From the NCBI GenBank assembly GCA_963664225.1, contig OY760937.1:704001-768000 (forward strand): a stretch of 64,000 nucleotides of DNA, read 5' to 3'. Below the pieces are notes generated by a model. It was not told the DNA's origin. It was given only the letters and a program-made list of their open reading frames with translations, and searched no databases. Made by a program: the position numbers and the translations under genes. Source of the stretch: Verrucomicrobiia bacterium. GTDB taxonomy: Bacteria; Verrucomicrobiota; Verrucomicrobiia; Limisphaerales; UBA1319. Below, in pieces: positions 58,519 to 64,000 of this stretch (positions are counted from its first letter, which is position 1; the number at the start of each line of letters is the position of its first letter).

Positions 58519-59145
58519 ATGAAAAAAGCTCCCCGCATTAAAGGAATCGCCGCGCTGGTCGTGGTGCTGTTCAGTTTTGGGCTGTGGCAGTGGGGACCGT
58601 TTTCCGCGGTATTCGCGATTGCGAATTTAACCGATCCCGCAAAGCTTGAGAAGTTGGGGGACAGGGGCGCGAATCCGCGATTGAACAAGACGGTTTATTG
58701 GTTGGACACGGCTGAACGGCATTTTCTGGGGCCTCACATGGCCATCACCCTGGCTCAAACAATCAACGGCACAGGCGGAAAGAAGGCTGAATTAACGCGA
58801 GATTCCCTGCTGCGGAATTTGAAAATTGCGCACGAGCTGGGTTTGTTGACGGCGGAAAATCGGGAAAAATTGCGGGGCGGCCACGCGGGGATCATCACGC
58901 TGGGGCCTTATGCGGGGGAAACGGTGGAGATCGATCATATCGTGCCCTTCAGCCTGGCTCCCGAGTTGGGCAACAATCTGGCCAATCTGGAAATGCTGCC
59001 CAGGACGATCAATCGGCGCAAATTGGATCATGTGGGGGCGCGCCAGTTGGCGCAGGCGGAGGTGTTTTTTCAGGCCGGACTATTGAGTCCGAAGTCATAC
59101 GAAAAAGTCAAAGCCAAGGCGCGGATCAATCGTGCGGCTTTCTGA
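58519..59145 (+). CDS. Hypothetical exported protein with HNH-like motif
   Basis: N-terminal hydrophobic segment; EIDHIVP...NNLANL...NRRK. Confidence 0.6.
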   Translation: MKKAPRIKGIAALVVVLFSFGLWQWGPFSAVFAIANLTDPAKLEKLGDRGANPRLNKTVYWLDTAERHFLGPHMAITLAQTINGTGGKKAELTRDSLLRNLKIAHELGLLTAENREKLRGGHAGIITLGPYAGETVEIDHIVPFSLAPELGNNLANLEMLPRTINRRKLDHVGARQLAQAEVFFQAGLLSPKSYEKVKAKARINRAAF

Positions 59146-59158
59146 AATCGAACAAGCA

Positions 59159-59186
59159 AGAAAAAAGGCGGGTGATGAACCCGCCT
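59159..59186 (-). terminator. Intrinsic terminator downstream of icd
   Basis: AGGCGGGT-GATGA-ACCCGCCT stem, with a T-run on the minus strand. Confidence 0.75.
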
Positions 59187-59220
59187 CGAAAAGAACAATC
59201 TGTGATTCTTCAATTGCCGA

Positions 59221-60582
59221 TTACATGTGAGCGATGATGTTGTCGCCGAATTCGGAGCACTTGATTTCCGTGGCGCCGGTCATTTGACGGGCGAAATCGT
59301 AGGTGACGCGTTTTGAATTGATGGCGCCGTTGATCCCTTTCAGGATGAGATCGGCAGCCTCCAACCAGCCCATGTAACGGAACATCATTTCCCCGCTGAG
59401 AATCACGCTGCCGGGATTGACCTTGTCGAGATTGGCGTATTTGGGGGCTGTGCCGTGAGTGGCCTCAAAGATCGCGTGGCCGGTGACGTAGTTGATATTT
59501 CCACCGGGCGCGATGCCGATGCCGCCAACCTGGGCGGCGAGGGCGTCTGAAAGGTAATCGCCGTTGAGGTTAAGCGTGGCAATGACTTCAAAATCCTCGG
59601 GACGGGTGAGGACCTGCTGCAAGGTGATGTCCGCAATGGCGTCCTTGATGAGAATGGCTCCGGCCTTGAGGGCGGCCTTCTGCTCGAGATTGGCCGCTTC
59701 TTCGCCGCCGGCCTTTTTAGTGCGCTCCCATTGGGACCAGGTATAGACCCTGGAGCCGTAGAGTTGTTCCGCAGTGGCATAGGCCCAATCACGGAAGGCG
59801 CCTTCCGTGAATTTCATGATGTTGCCTTTGTGGACAATCGTGACGCTTTTGCGGCCCTGCGCGATGGCGTAATCGATGGCCGATTTCATCAGCCGGGTGG
59901 TGCCGATTTTGGAGACTGGTTTGATGCCAATTCCGACTTGAACGGGTTGTGGCGGAAGGGCCTTGTCCGCGCCAGTCGATTGAAGGAAATCCGTTCCGGC
60001 TTTTGCCGTGCCAAAACGGATTTTGGCAAAGTCCTTGGGGAAATTCTGCTGAATGAAGTCGAGAACCTTTTGCGCTTCAGGCGATCCAGCGGGAAATTCG
60101 ATGCCCGCATAAATGTCCTCGGTATTTTCGCGGAAAATCACCATGTTGACCTTCTCAGGGTGTTTGACCGGGGAGGGGACTCCGGTAAAATACTGGACGG
60201 GGCGCAGGCAGACATAAAGATCGAGCATCTGGCGCAGAGCCACGTTGAGCGAGCGAATGCCGCCGCCGATGGGGGTGGTCAATGGACCCTTGATGCCGAC
60301 CAGATAATCCTTGAACGCCTCGACGGTGTCGTCCGGTAGCCAGTTATCAAATTTCTGCTTGGCGGTTTCGCCCGCGAAGACTTCAAACCATGCGATTTTG
60401 CGCGCGCCCTTGTAGGCCTTTTCGACGGCGGCATCGAAGACTCTCTGGCTGGCCGCCCAGATGTCAGGACCTGTGCCGTCACCCCGGATGAAGGGCATGA
60501 TCGGATGGTTCGGCACATGAAGACGGCCATTTTGAATGGCGATTTTTTCTCCCGCCGGTGGAATCACATTTTGATAGGCCAT
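59221..60582 (-). CDS. icd: NADP-dependent isocitrate dehydrogenase
   Basis: [53 protein letters not shown]. Confidence 0.97.
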   Translation of the reverse strand: MAYQNVIPPAGEKIAIQNGRLHVPNHPIMPFIRGDGTGPDIWAASQRVFDAAVEKAYKGARKIAWFEVFAGETAKQKFDNWLPDDTVEAFKDYLVGIKGPLTTPIGGGIRSLNVALRQMLDLYVCLRPVQYFTGVPSPVKHPEKVNMVIFRENTEDIYAGIEFPAGSPEAQKVLDFIQQNFPKDFAKIRFGTAKAGTDFLQSTGADKALPPQPVQVGIGIKPVSKIGTTRLMKSAIDYAIAQGRKSVTIVHKGNIMKFTEGAFRDWAYATAEQLYGSRVYTWSQWERTKKAGGEEAANLEQKAALKAGAILIKDAIADITLQQVLTRPEDFEVIATLNLNGDYLSDALAAQVGGIGIAPGGNINYVTGHAIFEATHGTAPKYANLDKVNPGSVILSGEMMFRYMGWLEAADLILKGINGAINSKRVTYDFARQMTGATEIKCSEFGDNIIAHM

Positions 60583-60613
60583 AGGTTTTATTTTAAATCG
60601 TGGGTCATGGCGT

Positions 60614-62596
60614 TCAAGCCACCGCGATCAAGGGGTTGGCTGCGACTTCAGAAAATTGTTTTTTGACGCGGGTCACAATGGCGGCCGCGGTGAGACCATA
60701 TTTTTCGCGCAAGTAATCCACTGTGGAGGCGTGTTCGATGAATTGATCGGGCCAGCCGATGCGCAAGAGGGGCGTGGAAATGCGGGTGTCGCTGAACAGT
60801 TCGAGGACGTTGCTTCCATAGCCGCCCGGGAGCACATGGTCTTCGATGGTGACGACCACGTCGGCCGCCTGGCCAAAGAATTGTGTGGTGCCCTTATCGA
60901 TCGGTTTGGTGAACCGGGGATTGATCAATGAGACATCGAAACCTTGGGCCCCGAGCTGGCTGGCGGCTTCGCGTCCCACCGCCATCATGTTGCCCAATGC
61001 GAATATGGCCACCTTATGCCCGCCGTTGTTGGAGAAATTCTGGATGACCTCGGCTTTGCCAATCTCCAAAATGGCTGGCTGTTCCTTGATGGCCACACCT
61101 TCACCGACGCCGCGCGGGTAACGGATGAACACGGGCAGCTTCTGATGGGTGGCGGTGAACATCATATCGACGAGTTCATCCTCGTCCTTGGGGGCCATGC
61201 CGATGATGTCCGGCACGCAACGCAGGAAAGAGATGTCGAACAAGCCGTGATGCGTGGGGCCGTCGTTTGCGGACAGGCCGGCGCGATCCATGCAAAAAAT
61301 CACAGGCAATTTTTGCAATGCGACATCGTGGATGATGCAATCGTAGGCTCGTTGAAGGAAGGTCGAGTAAATGGCAACGACAGGATGGAAGCCGCGTGTG
61401 GCCATGCCTGCGGCGAATATGACCGCGTGCTCCTCGGCGATGCCGACATCGTAGCAACGGTCGGGCATGGCTTTCTCCAACAATTTCAATCCCGTGCCGC
61501 TGGGCATGGCGGCGGTGATGCCCACGATCATGTTGTCGCGTTTGCAGAGGCGCACCATGGTTTCACCGAAGACATCCTGGTAATTGGGAGGAGTGCCCGG
61601 CTTAGCCTTCAAAGAATCGCCGGTTTCAACGTCATAGGGGCCGACCCCATGAAATTTTTCCGGCTGGCGAAGGGCGGCCTCATAGCCTTTACCCTTTTGC
61701 GTCACGATGTGAATGATGATGGGATGGTCGCAATTCTTCGCAAATTCCAGCGAATTGATGAGCAAGGGCAGGTTGTGCCCGTCCAACGGCCCAAGATAAC
61801 GCAGCGCCATTTCCTCGAAGAAGACGCTGCTGCCATAGCCACCGCGCCCATCCGAGTCCGTATCGGTGGGGGATTGTTTGAGGCTGGCCTGGGCGACGGC
61901 GCCTTTGAGGGCGACTTCGGCCTTATGACCGAGCTTCAACGCCACATCGCCTTTTGGCATTCTGCGCATCCAACGCTCGAAATCCTTTTGCAGGCGGTTG
62001 TAGGAAGGGTGCGTGATGAGTTTGTTCAGGTAGGAGGCAATGGCGCCCACGTTTTTCGCAATGCCCCATTCGTTATCGTTGAGGACACCGATGAAGCGTT
62101 TGGTGGAGTGGGCAATGTTGTTCAGGGCCTCATAGGAAATACCGTTGGTCAATGCCGCGTCGCCGAAGACGGCGACCACGTTTTCCTTGCCACCCATCCG
62201 GTCGCGGGCCACAGCCATGCCCAGGGCGGCGGATAGGGCGGTGCCGGCGTGACCGCTGCCGTAAATGTCATGCGGGCTTTCCGTGCGCAGGGCGAATCCA
62301 TTCAAGCCGCCTGTGGTGCGAATGGTGGAAAACCTGTCTTTGCGACCCGTGAGCAGTTTGTGGACGTAACACTGATGGCTGACATCCCACACGAACTTGT
62401 CTTCCGGTGTGGCGAAAACGTAGTGCATGGCAATGGTCAATTCGACCACGCCCAGATTCGGACCCAGGTGACCGCCATGTTTGGCCAGCGTTCTAATCAA
62501 TTCTTCCCGGATTTCCTCGGCCAACTGCTGCAATTGCGGCATCGTCAGCTTTTTGAGATGCGAAGGGTGATCTACCATTTCTAAAAAACGGCTCAT
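60614..62596 (-). CDS. dxs: 1-deoxy-D-xylulose-5-phosphate synthase
   Basis: [52 protein letters not shown]. Confidence 0.97.
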   Translation of the reverse strand: MSRFLEMVDHPSHLKKLTMPQLQQLAEEIREELIRTLAKHGGHLGPNLGVVELTIAMHYVFATPEDKFVWDVSHQCYVHKLLTGRKDRFSTIRTTGGLNGFALRTESPHDIYGSGHAGTALSAALGMAVARDRMGGKENVVAVFGDAALTNGISYEALNNIAHSTKRFIGVLNDNEWGIAKNVGAIASYLNKLITHPSYNRLQKDFERWMRRMPKGDVALKLGHKAEVALKGAVAQASLKQSPTDTDSDGRGGYGSSVFFEEMALRYLGPLDGHNLPLLINSLEFAKNCDHPIIIHIVTQKGKGYEAALRQPEKFHGVGPYDVETGDSLKAKPGTPPNYQDVFGETMVRLCKRDNMIVGITAAMPSGTGLKLLEKAMPDRCYDVGIAEEHAVIFAAGMATRGFHPVVAIYSTFLQRAYDCIIHDVALQKLPVIFCMDRAGLSANDGPTHHGLFDISFLRCVPDIIGMAPKDEDELVDMMFTATHQKLPVFIRYPRGVGEGVAIKEQPAILEIGKAEVIQNFSNNGGHKVAIFALGNMMAVGREAASQLGAQGFDVSLINPRFTKPIDKGTTQFFGQAADVVVTIEDHVLPGGYGSNVLELFSDTRISTPLLRIGWPDQFIEHASTVDYLREKYGLTAAAIVTRVKKQFSEVAANPLIAVA

Positions 62597-62600
62597 AGGT

Positions 62601-62885
62601 TCAGGACTCGGCAGTTTCTTCGGAGGGTTTGAAAGGATTGAGGGTCAGTTGTCCCGAAGAGGACTTTTCCAACTGCAGCAGCTTCAACTCCGCGGCATTC
62701 AATTTCGTCTGGCAGAGTTGGGCCAGGCGATGGCCTTCCTCAGCTCTGGCCATGAGAGTTTCCAAGGGCAAATCGTCCGATTCCATCGATTCGACGATGG
62801 ATTCAAGTTTTTGCAGCGCTTCCTCGAAAGGAAGATTCCCACCCTCGGGAGAGTCTGTCGCAGCGTTTTTTTGGGCCTTTGCCAT
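62601..62885 (-). CDS. xseB: Exodeoxyribonuclease VII small subunit
   Basis: FEEALQKLESIVESME...LPLE...CQTKLNAAELKL; upstream of dxs. Confidence 0.92.
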   Translation of the reverse strand: MAKAQKNAATDSPEGGNLPFEEALQKLESIVESMESDDLPLETLMARAEEGHRLAQLCQTKLNAAELKLLQLEKSSSGQLTLNPFKPSEETAES

Positions 62886-62937
62886 GAGTGAAAGCGTAGA
62901 TGAAAGAGGGGGATTCGTCCAGCATGGACTGGCGTGG

Positions 62938-63744
62938 TCACTTTGCGGGCATGCCTGACGCCGTGGGATTGATCGCCATCACCTGGTCCGAACGCACCCA
63001 ACCGGTGCGCTGTTGATGATCACGGATTTGCATCCACTGGTCTTGTCGGTCGATGGCTGTGATTTCCGCACCGTCCTGCAGGGAGTAAAACACACGGGAT
63101 TCCTCGAGTGGGCCGTATTTCACCGGCGCATCCTTTACGATGATTATGGCTGAATCGATGAACCGATCAAAATAGAGTCGAATCCCGAGGCCGGCCACCG
63201 CAATCAAGGTGGCCAACAGAAGGAGCCGTTGCGGCCTGGCCAAACGGGATTTCATTCCGGGTTTGAGCTGATGGGTTACCAAAACGCCCAGCCATGCCCA
63301 CCACGCCACGGCAGCCAAAATGGCCCATTCGTTGAGCGAAAACCAGCTTGTCCATGATCGCAGGAATCCGGTTCCTGGAGGATTGCCTTGATAGGCGCGG
63401 CTGCGAGCCAGTTGCAGATTGGCGCGAATATCCGGATCCCGGGGGGAGAGTTCGAGGGCGCGTTGGTAGTAAACGACCGCCAGGCCCGAACGACCGCCTT
63501 TCAAGCAGGCGTTCCCGAGGTTAAAATAGAGGGCGGCGGAAACGGTTCCGTTTTGCGCAAGGTTCGAATAGGTGTTGATGGCGGGTTCGTATTGACCCTC
63601 CGCATAGAGTTTGTTTGCTTTTTCGAAGGCGTCCGAAAAGCTGTCCGCCCGGGCGCTGGTTAACAAAAGCGCCAGCGATAGGAGCAAAAAGGACCAAAAT
63701 GCAGCGGCGCGGTGTGTGGAGGCGATTTTTGAAATGAAGTTCAT
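62938..63744 (-). CDS. BatE-like TPR + SH3b membrane protein
   Basis: FEKANKLY...LYFNLGNA...ALELSPRDPDIRANL; two TMs; C-terminal W-QI...GWV. Confidence 0.8.
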   Translation of the reverse strand: MNFISKIASTHRAAAFWSFLLLSLALLLTSARADSFSDAFEKANKLYAEGQYEPAINTYSNLAQNGTVSAALYFNLGNACLKGGRSGLAVVYYQRALELSPRDPDIRANLQLARSRAYQGNPPGTGFLRSWTSWFSLNEWAILAAVAWWAWLGVLVTHQLKPGMKSRLARPQRLLLLATLIAVAGLGIRLYFDRFIDSAIIIVKDAPVKYGPLEESRVFYSLQDGAEITAIDRQDQWMQIRDHQQRTGWVRSDQVMAINPTASGMPAK

Positions 63745-64000
63745 TGGATCGACTCCAGATTCTTCAAGGCCTCCAGGGCGGTTTCGACTTTGGGGTATTG
63801 CGCAAAAAGCCCTTCGTTGATTTGCGGGGGCGCATAGCGGACCTGATTGCAGCGCTGAAATATATCGTGCAATAATTTGAGCATCTCTCCGTCCAGACCC
63901 AGGGGACCGAGACGATCCGTGATGATCGATTCCGTGATGGACGCCGATGGAAGATCAAGCCGCTCACCGATCCGGGCCTGCAACAAACGGAAGGCCTGAG
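63741..64000 (-). CDS. C-terminus of a probable BatD-like protein (partial)
   Basis: Open frame to the window edge; ...IFQRCNQVRYAP; ATGA-coupled to the BatE-like gene. Confidence 0.55.
   Translation of the reverse strand, partial: QAFRLLQARIGERLDLPSASITESIITDRLGPLGLDGEMLKLLHDIFQRCNQVRYAPPQINEGLFAQYPKVETALEALKNLESIQ

Overview
Bacterial chromosomal window, probably Verrucomicrobiota (inferred from a PEP-CTERM protein, a '...RFYR' C-terminal surface-protein domain and the repeat type; not verified). The housekeeping backbone is dnaB (partial), ald, hrpB, tRNA-Val(GAC), proS, waaA, glnS, 6S RNA-rarA-ygfA-rny, an RlmD-type methyltransferase, cobA/hemD, icd, dxs, xseB and batE/batD-like genes. 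Four accessory features stand out. (1) A six-subunit Hyf/Ehr-type membrane complex whose large subunit lacks the NiFe cysteines, with an HTH-PTS-EIIA gene inside the operon (5.2-13.3 kb). (2) An uncharacterised non-phage cluster (13.6-22.8 kb): Nif11-like peptide, sulfotransferase, Fe(II)/2OG dioxygenase, two paralogous small proteins (one Tat-exported), a GNAT with a sigma54-type promoter, three tail-collar paralogues, a ~1000-aa surface protein and a PEP-CTERM protein. This is the best candidate for an undescribed system. (3) A secreted 9-heme cytochrome c with Ig repeats, lying between two copies of the 3' end of a GH116 gene. (4) A 22-copy tandem GTAG-type REP-like array. All family assignments come from motif recognition by eye; no database searches were run.
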